Source: a candidate division LCP-89 bacterium
GTDB lineage: Bacteria; Electryoneota; B3-LCP
Reading direction: 5' to 3'
DNA length: 64,000 nt
NCBI GenBank assembly: GCA_025774555.1
Contig: JALGVT010000005.1
Coordinates: forward strand, 382 to 64,381
In this document: positions 1 through 9,952 of the stretch, in pieces
Position numbering within the stretch: position 1 is the stretch's first letter
How the letters are laid out: every line of letters starts with the position of its first letter
Notes under the pieces: generated by a model
Databases searched by the model: none
What the model was told of the DNA's origin: nothing
What the model saw: the letters and a program-made list of their open reading frames with translations, nothing else
Made by a program: the position numbers and the translations under genes

Positions 1-537
1 GTCCTGATTCTTAATGCTGACGTAGATGCCAATAGACTGCGTTCTTTTGAAGACCTTGCAGCTTATCTCCGTTCAAACGACGTCTATGTTATTGCGCCGC
101 ACCCTTTTAGCTGGAGTCCGATCTGCCTGCGTGAATACGCATATAAGTATGCCGATCTATTTGACGCTGTTGAAATTCATCATTTCTATACCAAGCATCT
201 AAATCCGAATAAGAGGGCTTACCGCTTTGCTGAAGAATACGATAAATGTCTTATCGCCAATTCGGATTGTCATCATCCCAGGTATCTGGGGAAAACCTAT
301 TCGCTCATTCATACCGAATTTACCATCTCTTCTGTGTTGGATGCGCTAAGAAGAGGAGACATTAAAATAGTTACAGAACCTCTGGGGAGCGTTGAAGCCT
401 TCAATCTGCATACCTATCTCCGTATCGGGCAGTTTAAGAGAGCTGTAAGGCTTTTGCGGAGATCTGATGGATGCAAATCAATAATGGGATTGATAACGGG
501 AAGATCCGCGCCACTGAAGAAACCTAAAAATACTTAA
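1..537 (+). CDS. PHP-domain metal-dependent phosphoesterase, truncated at the window edge; C-terminal part only; possible CpsB-like phosphotyrosine phosphatase
   Basis: Frame 1 is open from base 1 to the stop at 535-537. Translation has PHP-type His-rich motifs (..VIAPHPF.., ..EIHHFY.., ..NSDCHHP..). The ORF-track entry 334..537 is only the tail of this frame. Confidence 0.55.
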   Translation, partial: VLILNADVDANRLRSFEDLAAYLRSNDVYVIAPHPFSWSPICLREYAYKYADLFDAVEIHHFYTKHLNPNKRAYRFAEEYDKCLIANSDCHHPRYLGKTYSLIHTEFTISSVLDALRRGDIKIVTEPLGSVEAFNLHTYLRIGQFKRAVRLLRRSDGCKSIMGLITGRSAPLKKPKNT

Positions 538-568
538 AATAATTATCGCGAACATTACGGGAAAAAGC

Positions 569-2488
569 ATGGCAGAAGATAAAATCGACGGATTTATGAG
601 AACCAATATTTTCGCTTTTAAGGCGGGAGCTATTGGCGGGATAGCAGGAGGTATTGTAGAGGTTCTGTTCATTTCAGATTTTGGCGGTCAAGCGGCGAAT
701 CTGTCGGGACTGTTCTTCGGTGCGCTTGCTTACGGTATATTAGGCGGAGCTATGGGAAAGTTGATAAACCTGTTCATTCGTCTATTGCCATTTCATGAAG
801 AGCGCAGAAAAAGCCGGCGCCAACTGGGCGGATTATTGATCGCTGCTTCCTTCAGCTTCATTTTGTTTCTCGTGTTCTTCTTCAGAGCATTCCGCGATTA
901 CCATGCTGAGAAAGTACGATACTTCGAGCCAACCGGTCTGGCGACAATCGCCGTTCTGGCGCTGGCGGCTTTGGTGATATTCTTCCTCCTGCGCTGGTTG
1001 TTATCGAAACCGCTTGGTGAGGTGTTAAGCTGGTTACTGCGTCCGTTTGGATTCATCGCATTCCTCGTTGTAATTTTGGCAATCGGGATTGTCTTGAGTT
1101 CTACGCTGGCAATGGATACGGAGCGGATCACCAGCGCTTTTTTGGGCGATAAACAAGCGGCTTTAGAAAAGAAACCCAATGTAATTTTGATTATGGTGGA
1201 TACTCTTCGTCCTGATTGGCTGGGGTGCTATGGGACAGAGACAGGCGTCAGCACGCCGAACATAGACGCTTTTGCACGTGACGCCGCGATGTTCAAACAG
1301 CATTACGCGCAGGCTACTCACACTAAACCGTCAACTGCCTCCTTATTGACGTCGAGGTATCCCACAGGTCATCGAGCCGTACATAAAACTGAAGCGCTTC
1401 CTCAGAGCGTCACCACAATATCCGAAGTGTTCGCAAATTCAGGTTATTATTGTGGTGGAATTGTAACTAATATAAATCTTGCGCCCATTTATAATTTTCA
1501 GCAAGGTTTCCACGAATATACCTACTTACCGCCCAAATTCCTTTTTGGAGCGAACGAAGCCGCATCGAGTCTGGTTATTTACGGAGTGATGCGCCTCGTA
1601 TGGATGAAGGTATCCAGTAGTAAATTCGTCTATCATTTTTACCGCAGCGGTGAAACGGTCAACGGCTATCTGAACAATTATATCGAGCGCAATAAGGATA
1701 ATAAATTCTTCCTTTTCCTGCACTATATGGATCCGCACGATCCCTATTTCGAGCATCCCTATTCCGGCAAGGGATATGCGCGCGCCTCGATGCCGAATCC
1801 CGATGGGAAATTCGCTGAACCGTTTCAGGAATTTTATAAGCAGGAGATTGAATACCTAGACTACTGGATAGGTCGTTTAGTTGAGACCTTGAAAGGCGCA
1901 GGCTTGTACGAAAACAGCATAATCGTTTTAACAAGTGATCACGGGGAAGAGTTCTATGAACATGGCGGCTGGTGGCATGGAACGACATTACATGAAGAAC
2001 AGGTTAGAGTGCCGCTGCTCTTCAAACAGCCGAATAGCCTTGGCGCTGAGACGGCATTTGATGAGTTGAGCAGCAGCGTTGACGTTGTTCCCACAATTCT
2101 ATCCGCTGTTGATTTGGACATTCCAGATATTATGCGCGGCAGAGATCTATTCGGTCCTCCGCCTCATGAAAAGTTTATAGTAGAAGTATTCTCTGAGGCG
2201 GACCATGAAGGCAATGTTGTTCAGATGATGCGCATCGGACCGTGGAAGTACATCCAGACAAATCCTGATAATCCACGTAAAAGACCCCCGCAGCAGTTAT
2301 TTTATATACCGGATGATCAAGGCGAAGTTAATAACCTGGTGGGTGCCGAGACCGACAAAGCTGGAGATATGCAGCTACTGATGAAGGCAAAATATCAGGA
2401 AATCATGGCATCAATGGAAGAGGGATTCGAGCAGGATATGGACGCCGCCACGCAGGAACGTCTGAGGGCGCTTGGATATACACAGTGA
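569..2488 (+). CDS. Membrane-anchored alkaline-phosphatase-superfamily enzyme (sulfatase-like / LtaS-like)
   Basis: About 190-aa N-terminal polytopic membrane region (5-6 hydrophobic helices). It is followed by a sulfatase-fold N-motif (NVILIMVDTLRPDWLGCYG) and a C-motif (LTSDHGEEF..GGWWHG). The formylglycine motif position reads ..HTKPSTASLLTS.. (Thr where the Cys/Ser would be, no Arg). Stop overlaps the next start (ATGA at 2485-2488). Confidence 0.75.
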   Translation: MAEDKIDGFMRTNIFAFKAGAIGGIAGGIVEVLFISDFGGQAANLSGLFFGALAYGILGGAMGKLINLFIRLLPFHEERRKSRRQLGGLLIAASFSFILFLVFFFRAFRDYHAEKVRYFEPTGLATIAVLALAALVIFFLLRWLLSKPLGEVLSWLLRPFGFIAFLVVILAIGIVLSSTLAMDTERITSAFLGDKQAALEKKPNVILIMVDTLRPDWLGCYGTETGVSTPNIDAFARDAAMFKQHYAQATHTKPSTASLLTSRYPTGHRAVHKTEALPQSVTTISEVFANSGYYCGGIVTNINLAPIYNFQQGFHEYTYLPPKFLFGANEAASSLVIYGVMRLVWMKVSSSKFVYHFYRSGETVNGYLNNYIERNKDNKFFLFLHYMDPHDPYFEHPYSGKGYARASMPNPDGKFAEPFQEFYKQEIEYLDYWIGRLVETLKGAGLYENSIIVLTSDHGEEFYEHGGWWHGTTLHEEQVRVPLLFKQPNSLGAETAFDELSSSVDVVPTILSAVDLDIPDIMRGRDLFGPPPHEKFIVEVFSEADHEGNVVQMMRIGPWKYIQTNPDNPRKRPPQQLFYIPDDQGEVNNLVGAETDKAGDMQLLMKAKYQEIMASMEEGFEQDMDAATQERLRALGYTQ

Positions 2489-4152
2489 TTAAGCATGGAG
2501 TAAAATGTCTGGTTTTGGCGCTGGATGGACTTGATCCCGACCTTTTTGTCCGTTTTAGAGACCAGATGCCAAATTTGTCCGCTCTGGCGGAGCAGGGTGT
2601 CTTCTGTCCCTTGAGGTCAACTACACCGCCTATGACATTTCCCGCCTGGTCAACCTGTCTCACGGGTGTAAATCCAGGGAAGCACGGGATTTTTGACTTC
2701 ACGGAGCGCATTACGGGTAAATACGGAGTGCGCTTTTTAAACTCCACACGCCGCCGTTATCCAACGTTTCTGCGAATATTGTCCGAAAGAGGATTTCGTG
2801 TGGGGTCAATTGGATTGCCGACGACCTATCCACCCGAACAATTGTCTGCTTTTCAAATTTCCGGATTCGACACGCCTTTGCCATCTAAAGCAGACTCATC
2901 CTACGTATATCCACCTGAATTATCGAAGGATATTGATAATGAGATGGGTGGTTATTATTTCGGTAACTTCAATGAAGGACGCATTGGACCAGCATGGCAT
3001 AAGAAGGTACTTAAGCAGTTATATCTAGGTGTTGATAGAAAAAAGAAACTCGTTAAATTTCTCGCAGAGCGTTTTCCGCTCGATTTACTCGTTCTGCATG
3101 TTGGTGAAACCGATACTGTGGGGCATCATTTCTGGTCGTTTTATGATCGGAAATCACCGAGGCACGTCGATAGAGGGGATTTAGATTTATCAGATGCCAT
3201 ATTAAATGTCTATCGCTCTGCTGATAAGCTTGCCGGTGATCTGCTTGATTTATTAGAACCCCGCTCTATTATAGTAGTCAGCGATCACGGGATGGGGGGG
3301 ACCTCGGACCGGATACTTTTCCTTAATAATTTCTTAGCCGAACATGGGTTTCTGCATTTTAGTGAAACCAGTGCACATACTGCAATAATAGGGAACCTGA
3401 AAAAGGCAGGGATGAAATGGATTCCTTATAGATGGCAGCAGACTCTATTTAAATTAGCTGACAGTAGAATCGCTTCAACAATTGAGTCAATTCAACGATT
3501 CTCCGGCATAGATTGGTCTAAAACCGTGGCATTTAGTGAAGAGTTGAATTACTTCCCGTCTATCTGGTTGAACGTCAAAGGGAGAGATCCTCGCGGAATC
3601 ATCACAGATAGCGATGTGGATTCCGTCATAAAGCGTATGAAATCAGCGCTTTATGATTGGAAATATCCCGATGATGGCTTGCCTGTTGTGAAGCAGGTAT
3701 ATCATCGGAATGAGATATACGAGGGCACCGAGATAGGCTGCGCCCCCGATTTGATATTAGAATTGAACAAACCGGAAGGTTATAGCTATGCTATGGGCAG
3801 AAGCAGTGCTCAGCGTGGGGGAGAAACCTGTCGGAAACTTACCCTGGATCAATATTTAGGGTACAAAGGCGAAACCATGAACGGCTCACACAGGCAGATG
3901 GGAACGTTTATTGCGAAATCAGATAACAAGACTTTCAACGTACAAGATGACTTTTCACTCACAGATATTTCGCCGACTATTCTACACTTATTCGGACTGG
4001 ATAGAATTGATTGGATGGATGGTAAGAGTTGTCTTGCCGGTGAACAGGGGGTTATAAATTCTAATTTCATTACACCAGATAACTACAAATATTCTAACGA
4101 AGAAGAGAATCAAATCAGAGAACGTTTATCATCCCTTGGGTATTTAGAATAA
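2485..4152 (+). CDS. Alkaline-phosphatase-superfamily type I phosphodiesterase / nucleotide pyrophosphatase-like protein
   Basis: N-terminal LVLALDGLDPDLF metal-ligand motif and VVSDHGMGG motif are typical of the NPP/AlkP-like family. Translationally coupled to the upstream gene. Confidence 0.65.
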   Translation: MIKHGVKCLVLALDGLDPDLFVRFRDQMPNLSALAEQGVFCPLRSTTPPMTFPAWSTCLTGVNPGKHGIFDFTERITGKYGVRFLNSTRRRYPTFLRILSERGFRVGSIGLPTTYPPEQLSAFQISGFDTPLPSKADSSYVYPPELSKDIDNEMGGYYFGNFNEGRIGPAWHKKVLKQLYLGVDRKKKLVKFLAERFPLDLLVLHVGETDTVGHHFWSFYDRKSPRHVDRGDLDLSDAILNVYRSADKLAGDLLDLLEPRSIIVVSDHGMGGTSDRILFLNNFLAEHGFLHFSETSAHTAIIGNLKKAGMKWIPYRWQQTLFKLADSRIASTIESIQRFSGIDWSKTVAFSEELNYFPSIWLNVKGRDPRGIITDSDVDSVIKRMKSALYDWKYPDDGLPVVKQVYHRNEIYEGTEIGCAPDLILELNKPEGYSYAMGRSSAQRGGETCRKLTLDQYLGYKGETMNGSHRQMGTFIAKSDNKTFNVQDDFSLTDISPTILHLFGLDRIDWMDGKSCLAGEQGVINSNFITPDNYKYSNEEENQIRERLSSLGYLE

Positions 4153-4156
4153 AATA

Positions 4157-5392
4157 ATGATAAAGCGGTTAAAAATAGCTATGGTTGCGGCTTGTCCGTT
4201 TCCAACCTCCCAGGGATCGCAGGTATTGATACGCGAGCTTTCCGAAGCCTTAGTTCGCAGAGGACACGAAGTTCACATTGTTACCTACCATTTCGGCGAG
4301 AATATCCCTTGTAAAGGGATGATTATCCATCGCATACCGGAATTCTTCCCGTACAGTAAGTTTCGTTCTGGTCCTGAAATTCGCAAGCCTTTGCTTGATT
4401 TACAGTTATCTTATAAACTCAATCAGGTTGTGAAAGAACATGGCGTCGATATAATGCACTGCCACAATTATGAAGCGCCCGTTGCCGCTTTTCCGGTGCG
4501 CTTTCTGCGCGGTATTCCGGTTGTCTATCACAGCCATAATACTATGTCGGACGAATTTTACACCTACTTCCGGCTGAAGATACCACAGATACTAGCTCGT
4601 GGAGCTGCGCATTTAATGGATCGTTATATACCCCGCCGCGCTGACTTCGTCATCGCTATAAATCGTAGTGTTGCAGATTTTTTGATACAGTCTGGAACGC
4701 CGCCTGATCGAGTTAAATACATCCCTCCCGGAATTGATTATGGTGATCAGGTTTCTGTGGATGAAGCTATGCTGCGGCAGAAGTATAACCTCGGTGAAGG
4801 CCCGTTGATTATCTATTCTGGCAATCTTGATGGATATCAAAGAATGGATATACTTTTAAAATCACTTCCTGATGTTGTTAAATCACATAATTCGACCAGA
4901 TTAGTTATATTAACGAGTTCCGATGCAGATGCGTTCTTGAAATATGCAGAGGAACAAAAGGTCGGCAAGTATATCTGTCTGATTAAAAGCCCCGGATTCG
5001 ATGTTGTAAAGCAATTGTATAAAATAGGCACGCTTGCTGTAAATCCAAGAATTTCATGGTCTGGTTTTCCGATAAAGCTATTGAACTATATGGCTGCAGG
5101 ATTACCGATAGTGGCTTTTCATGGCGCAGCGCCTTCTGTTCTGCACGGTTCTACTGGACTGCTTGCCCCAGCAGGTAACAGCGATTTATTTGGAAAACAT
5201 ATCTGCAGACTGATTGAATCGCCCGAGTATGCTGAATCAATTGGTAATAAAGCGAAAGGGACCGTGAAGGAACATTACTGTTGGGATAGTATAGCTAACG
5301 ATATTGAACAGGTTTATGCCAAAATACTGAACCTGAAAATATTCGCAGAGATAGAAACAAACAAAGCCGAATCCATGCGAGTTGCTATCTGA
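4157..5392 (+). CDS. Glycosyltransferase family 4 (GT-B, group 1)
   Basis: GT1-type C-terminal domain (..LIIYSGNLDGYQRMD.., ..GLPIVAF..GA..). Only 4 bp downstream of the previous gene. Confidence 0.75.
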   Translation: MIKRLKIAMVAACPFPTSQGSQVLIRELSEALVRRGHEVHIVTYHFGENIPCKGMIIHRIPEFFPYSKFRSGPEIRKPLLDLQLSYKLNQVVKEHGVDIMHCHNYEAPVAAFPVRFLRGIPVVYHSHNTMSDEFYTYFRLKIPQILARGAAHLMDRYIPRRADFVIAINRSVADFLIQSGTPPDRVKYIPPGIDYGDQVSVDEAMLRQKYNLGEGPLIIYSGNLDGYQRMDILLKSLPDVVKSHNSTRLVILTSSDADAFLKYAEEQKVGKYICLIKSPGFDVVKQLYKIGTLAVNPRISWSGFPIKLLNYMAAGLPIVAFHGAAPSVLHGSTGLLAPAGNSDLFGKHICRLIESPEYAESIGNKAKGTVKEHYCWDSIANDIEQVYAKILNLKIFAEIETNKAESMRVAI

Positions 5393-5564
5393 TACACATT
5401 TAAATTATGACCGATATGGTGATTTGAATTTCTACTGACAGATCATGGTATTTTTTGTAATGTTTAGAAATTAAAATATTTATCTTGACTTTTCGGAATA
5501 ATTAGTTTAATTTAGTATAATGGATAGAAGTACTGATACAGTGATTTAATCGAGGCATCCATCG

Positions 5565-7709
5565 ATGGAAATTAAGCAAGTATGGGATATTCTGCTCCGC
5601 AGAAAATGGGTGATTGTCCAGGGGTTTGTGGTTATCTTTGGGATAATACTGGTCACAACACTCCTGAAGCCAAAAACCTACCTCGCTGAAACTGTGCTTG
5701 TTATTGAAGGCGAAGGCACACAGGAAGCGCTATTGCGAAGTATTGGTCTTGAGTCGATCAGTGAAATCCTTTTCTCTGCGAACATGGGGCAGAGTAGTTC
5801 ACTCGCTGAAGTGGAAACGATGCGCATGCTCAGCAAACCCGTGTTAGATAAAGTTGCCCAGAAGCTTGATCTGCGTGAATCTGATGGAAGTTACACACCT
5901 GGACCATCGCTAAGACTGATATTTCAGACATTCCAGTGGGGAGCATTGCGCGGCTTAAAAGTGAAACCGTCTAAAAAATCTCCTCTGTTCACTATGCAGG
6001 GATATTCGCCCGATCCGCAGGAGGCTCTCGACTTGGCAAATACGCTTGCAGAAGTGTATCTGGCAACTGACGTTGAGAGAAGCCACCGGGAAACTGCTGA
6101 CGCAGCCCGTTTTGCTGATGAACAATCCAAACTTGCCAAGCGTGATTGGAATGAAGCTAAGAGGAAGCTTTTAGAATTTCAGGAAAACGGTGGAGTCGTG
6201 GATGTCAATAGTGAATTAAACAACCTGATCAGCCAGATTTCCGCATTACGCGCCGAACAAAACATAATTAACCTGTCGATCCAGGAATTCAATACAATGG
6301 AGCAGAACTTCCAGGGCGAAAGCGATCAAATCGGCGGTACAACTATATCATCGAAAAACCAGATTGGATACCTCAGGTCACAGCTATCACAATATGAATC
6401 AGAACTGCAATCCTCGCTGAGCAAATACACTGAAAGCCATCCTGTGATTATTTCGCTGCGAGAAAGAATCATCGATTTGCAAAAGAATCTTTTACAGGAA
6501 AAAGAGAACATCCAGGTTTCTGAGGAAACCCGGTACAGCGAAATCCAGAACCAGATCGATAAATACCAGGAAGAACTAAAGCAATTTCCGCAGAAACTAT
6601 ATACGCTCGCACAACTTCAGCTCTCAGCGAATACGAATGAGAGACTATACGAGATGCTCCTCGATATGAAATATAGGATGAATATCACCAAAGCGATGCA
6701 GCTTTCCAATATTAATATCATAGAGCCTGCCTGGAAATCGAAACTTCACTCACCTAACCTCGATGACAATATTATGATTGGCGCGGTGATGGGACTGATT
6801 TTTGCCCTCGGTCTCGCACTGTTGATCGAGTATCTCGATGATTCGGTAAAAGATGCTGATTCAATTCAGACAGCATTAGGCCTGCCTCTTCTGGGAAGTA
6901 TCCCTTTAATGAATCGGCGCGACGTACCTTTAATAGCAGGAATCGACGTCAACACATCCAAGAAATCAATGTATTTTTTAAGGGAAGCGTATAATATATT
7001 ATCGCACAATATTAAGTTGGGCAGCCTGGATGAAAAAGTAAGCAGCATTATGGTCACCAGCTCAATACCTGAAGAGGGTAAAACTCACATCAGTGCGAAT
7101 CTGGCGATAAATATGGCACAACAGGGGAAGAACGTTCTACTGGTTGATACTGATTATCCGAGACCCGACGTTTATAAGATATTCGGTGTTGAAAATGAGA
7201 TCGGACTGACCGAGGTAATTTTGGGCGAAGCTTCACTTGAAGAAGTGCTTAAACCATCTGGAATCGACCGACTCTGGATCATTACTACAGGACCAAAACC
7301 GCCCAATACTACTCAGCTATTTGAATCAAATCAGATGAAGGAATTCATTCGAGAAGCTGAAAAGCTATTTGACATTGTAATCTTCGATACCGCGCCGCTA
7401 TTCTCTTTGAATGATCCGGTTATTTTAGGCGCCATGGTAGATCGTGTAGTAGCAGTTGCTTCTGCAGGTGGAATTTCAAAGCAGATGCTGAAGCAGGCGA
7501 TGGAAACACTCGAACGAGGCAACAGCCGGCTTCTCGGAATTGTCCTAAACAAGATGCAGATGGAGGGCACGCACTACTACTACTACTATCACAGTTACAA
7601 TCAGATAGATGAAGGCGGTGGATTTAAGAAAATGGCATCTAAACCTTTAGCTTTGCTCGGATTGAAAAAACGATCTAGCAAACGGGGATTTAGAGATAAA
7701 CCAGTATAA
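5565..7709 (+). CDS. Polysaccharide co-polymerase / tyrosine autokinase (Wzc/EpsB-like BY-kinase)
   Basis: N-terminal Wzz-type TM helix, long coiled-coil periplasmic region, second TM helix. C-terminal P-loop ATPase with Walker A (SSIPEEGKTHIS), Walker A' (VLLVDTD) and Walker B (IVIFDTAP). Terminal tyrosine cluster THYYYYYHSY. Confidence 0.85.
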   Translation: MEIKQVWDILLRRKWVIVQGFVVIFGIILVTTLLKPKTYLAETVLVIEGEGTQEALLRSIGLESISEILFSANMGQSSSLAEVETMRMLSKPVLDKVAQKLDLRESDGSYTPGPSLRLIFQTFQWGALRGLKVKPSKKSPLFTMQGYSPDPQEALDLANTLAEVYLATDVERSHRETADAARFADEQSKLAKRDWNEAKRKLLEFQENGGVVDVNSELNNLISQISALRAEQNIINLSIQEFNTMEQNFQGESDQIGGTTISSKNQIGYLRSQLSQYESELQSSLSKYTESHPVIISLRERIIDLQKNLLQEKENIQVSEETRYSEIQNQIDKYQEELKQFPQKLYTLAQLQLSANTNERLYEMLLDMKYRMNITKAMQLSNINIIEPAWKSKLHSPNLDDNIMIGAVMGLIFALGLALLIEYLDDSVKDADSIQTALGLPLLGSIPLMNRRDVPLIAGIDVNTSKKSMYFLREAYNILSHNIKLGSLDEKVSSIMVTSSIPEEGKTHISANLAINMAQQGKNVLLVDTDYPRPDVYKIFGVENEIGLTEVILGEASLEEVLKPSGIDRLWIITTGPKPPNTTQLFESNQMKEFIREAEKLFDIVIFDTAPLFSLNDPVILGAMVDRVVAVASAGGISKQMLKQAMETLERGNSRLLGIVLNKMQMEGTHYYYYYHSYNQIDEGGGFKKMASKPLALLGLKKRSSKRGFRDKPV

Positions 7710-7802
7710 AGCCGAATACGGAATCAGAGTTAAAAGGGGACAGTGGAGAAGCCATTGCCTCCTTTTCTCTCCAAACACCAAAAAACAATAAAGAGGTCAA
7801 CC

Positions 7803-9833
7803 ATGAAATGCAGAACTCTAACAATTTTGTTGTTGCTGCTTCATATAACAGTAGCGTCTGCAATCGCTTACCAGCGCACGGTTCTGGTTGAAGATTTTAC
7901 CAACTGGGGTTGCGTTCCCTGTGCAATCCCGAACACTTATTTGCATAATGCCATTGAAAGTTTCACCTCGGACGAGGCGTTTGATATCGCCTATCATATG
8001 AGCTGGCCCAGCGGTAGTGATCCATTCTACCTTGCGAACCAGAGTGAAAATGACACCAGAAGGTACTATTACGGGGTCAATGCTGTCCCGCATATGCGTT
8101 GCAACGGAACGATCCAAATGAGTACCAGTTCACAGTCATCAATGATATCGGTCATCAATTCACAATTATCAATTCCTTCGGATATCTGGCTGGATCTTTC
8201 TGCTCAGGTTGTTGGCGATGAGATACACGTAACATGTACCGCGTATGCAGATGTGGCAATAACCGGTAATAAGGTGCTTCACATGCTCGTCCTCGACCGC
8301 TATACGTATCTCCCCGGGACTCCGAACGGCAATCCTAACCATTATCATGCCATGCTGGATATGGCGCCGACAGCATATGGACAGATGTTTAATGTGTCTG
8401 CTTTTGACTCGACATATTATATGGAAATATTTCCCTTAAATTCAAGCTGGCTGATTGAAAACCTGGACATTGCCTGTTTTGTGCAGGACAACGATACACA
8501 TTCTATCCTGCAAGCAAGAGTAGAGGAAATGCCGCTGGATTTTCCGAACATATTCATTGCAGAGTATGAAGTAACTGATCTAACGGGGAATAATGATGGC
8601 AGGGTCGATCCGGGTGAAACCGGTGAGATGATGGTCACACTGGAAAATATGGCGCCGTTCCACGATGCAACTGACGTTCAGGCAGAATTATCCACTGATG
8701 ATCCGTTAATCACGATTACTTCTAATACTGCTGCCTATCCAGATCTGATTTCAGGCGCATCAGCAGCTAACACTTCTAATCCATTCGTATTTGACGTCGA
8801 TCCAGCATTCGAAGCGCATGAAGTTACCTTTAATATCGCTGTTACGGCAGAGCCGGGAAGCTTCACATCAACGTATCAGATTACTTTCATGGTTGGTCGT
8901 CCTGACATTCTCTTACTGAACGATGATCTTCTCGGGTTCTATCAGGAATGGTATGAGGAGTCGCTTGATGAGGTGAACGAAGTCTATGATTCCTGGATTC
9001 AGCCGTTGCAGGGATTTCTGCCGCTGGATGAGATGAATCGGTATAATATCGTGATCTGGTACACAGGAGATGATAGTTATTCTCCATTGAGCGGAGATGA
9101 GCAGACCAAGATTGAGAACTTCCTGAACGAAGGCGGTCGCCTTCTGCTGTCAAGCCAATATGCAGGAGACGTTATCGGAGGTTCGACATTTCACGAAAAC
9201 GTTCTGCACTCCTGGCATCAAGTAAACTCAACAGGCGAACTGCTGTTATCGGGAGTTTCCGGCGATCCTGTTTCAGACAGCACGAGCATAACCTTCGCTG
9301 GTTCCGGCGGCGCTGGTAATAACAACTCTTGCTCGGGTATGGATCCGATTTCACCGGCAGTTGGAATTTATACCTACAACGTCTCGGGTCTGTTCGGTGC
9401 GCTGCGCTGCCAGACGGATGTAACGCGTTTTATATACTTCGGCTTTCCTCTTGAGGCTGCCACAGGCGCTGTGGGTACTACTCCGCGAGCAGAAATAATT
9501 GATAACTGCCTTAACTGGCTCAGAGGCGATGTCGCAGTTGAACCTGATGATCCTGCAACTTATCTACCAGAGCAGCTTGAATTAGACGGTGTTTATCCCA
9601 ATCCCTTCAATCCGTCTACCGAGATAAGGATAGCGCTTCCCACAAACCAACTCAGCAAATTACAGGTGTTTAATCTGCAAGGCAAGCTCGTTTCGGATCT
9701 TCTTAGCGGAGATTTGAACGCGGACAGATACAGTGTGCTATGGGATGCAAGTAACTTAGCATCTGGAGTCTATATAGTAACATTGAGTCATGGAACTGCA
9801 AGGCTTTCAACTAAAGCAATACTTATAAAATAA
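7803..9833 (+). CDS. Secreted T9SS cargo protein (CARDB-like and flavodoxin-like modules plus C-terminal sorting domain)
   Basis: Start moved to the ATG at 7803 (MKCRTLTILLLLLHITVASA signal peptide, AAAGAGG upstream). C-terminal T9SS CTD (..LDGVYPNPFNPSTEIRIALP..LQVFNLQGKLV..GVYIVTL..ILIK). Internal module shared with both S8 peptidases (RPDILLLNDD..VIWYTGDD..FLNEGGRLLL). Strong terminator immediately downstream. Confidence 0.7.
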   Translation: MKCRTLTILLLLLHITVASAIAYQRTVLVEDFTNWGCVPCAIPNTYLHNAIESFTSDEAFDIAYHMSWPSGSDPFYLANQSENDTRRYYYGVNAVPHMRCNGTIQMSTSSQSSMISVINSQLSIPSDIWLDLSAQVVGDEIHVTCTAYADVAITGNKVLHMLVLDRYTYLPGTPNGNPNHYHAMLDMAPTAYGQMFNVSAFDSTYYMEIFPLNSSWLIENLDIACFVQDNDTHSILQARVEEMPLDFPNIFIAEYEVTDLTGNNDGRVDPGETGEMMVTLENMAPFHDATDVQAELSTDDPLITITSNTAAYPDLISGASAANTSNPFVFDVDPAFEAHEVTFNIAVTAEPGSFTSTYQITFMVGRPDILLLNDDLLGFYQEWYEESLDEVNEVYDSWIQPLQGFLPLDEMNRYNIVIWYTGDDSYSPLSGDEQTKIENFLNEGGRLLLSSQYAGDVIGGSTFHENVLHSWHQVNSTGELLLSGVSGDPVSDSTSITFAGSGGAGNNNSCSGMDPISPAVGIYTYNVSGLFGALRCQTDVTRFIYFGFPLEAATGAVGTTPRAEIIDNCLNWLRGDVAVEPDDPATYLPEQLELDGVYPNPFNPSTEIRIALPTNQLSKLQVFNLQGKLVSDLLSGDLNADRYSVLWDASNLASGVYIVTLSHGTARLSTKAILIK

Positions 9834-9856
9834 CGCAGACTGATACTTTGAAGCAT

Positions 9857-9890
9857 GAGAGCCACGTTAAAGCGTGGCTCTCTTTTCTCT
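9857..9890 (+). terminator. Rho-independent terminator after the T9SS cargo gene
   Basis: Perfect 10-bp stem GAGAGCCACG / CGTGGCTCTC with loop TTAAAG, followed by TTTTCTCTT. Confidence 0.8.
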
Positions 9891-9952
9891 TGAAAACAAG
9901 ACTTTTAAAGATTAGATTATATAACCGAAATCATAACCGTCAAAATAACATT

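Noticed and set aside
5485-5521. Possible sigma-70 promoter (TTGACT ... TATAAT) upstream of the Wzc-like gene
   Set aside because: The spacer between the two hexamers is 25 nt. An alternative -10 (TAATTT) at 17 nt is weak. FCB-group promoters use a different consensus, so no confident call.
7743-7802. ORF-track start for the T9SS cargo gene 60 nt upstream
   Set aside because: The downstream Met at 7803 begins a canonical signal peptide and has an AAAGAGG ribosome-binding site. The extension adds a charged, unstructured peptide before the signal.
9848-9952. N-terminal extension of the GT39 ORF in the supplied track (MKHESHVKAWLSF...)
   Set aside because: It overlaps a perfect rho-independent terminator (9857-9890) and has no hydrophobic or signal character. 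The ATG at 9953 begins a typical TM helix.
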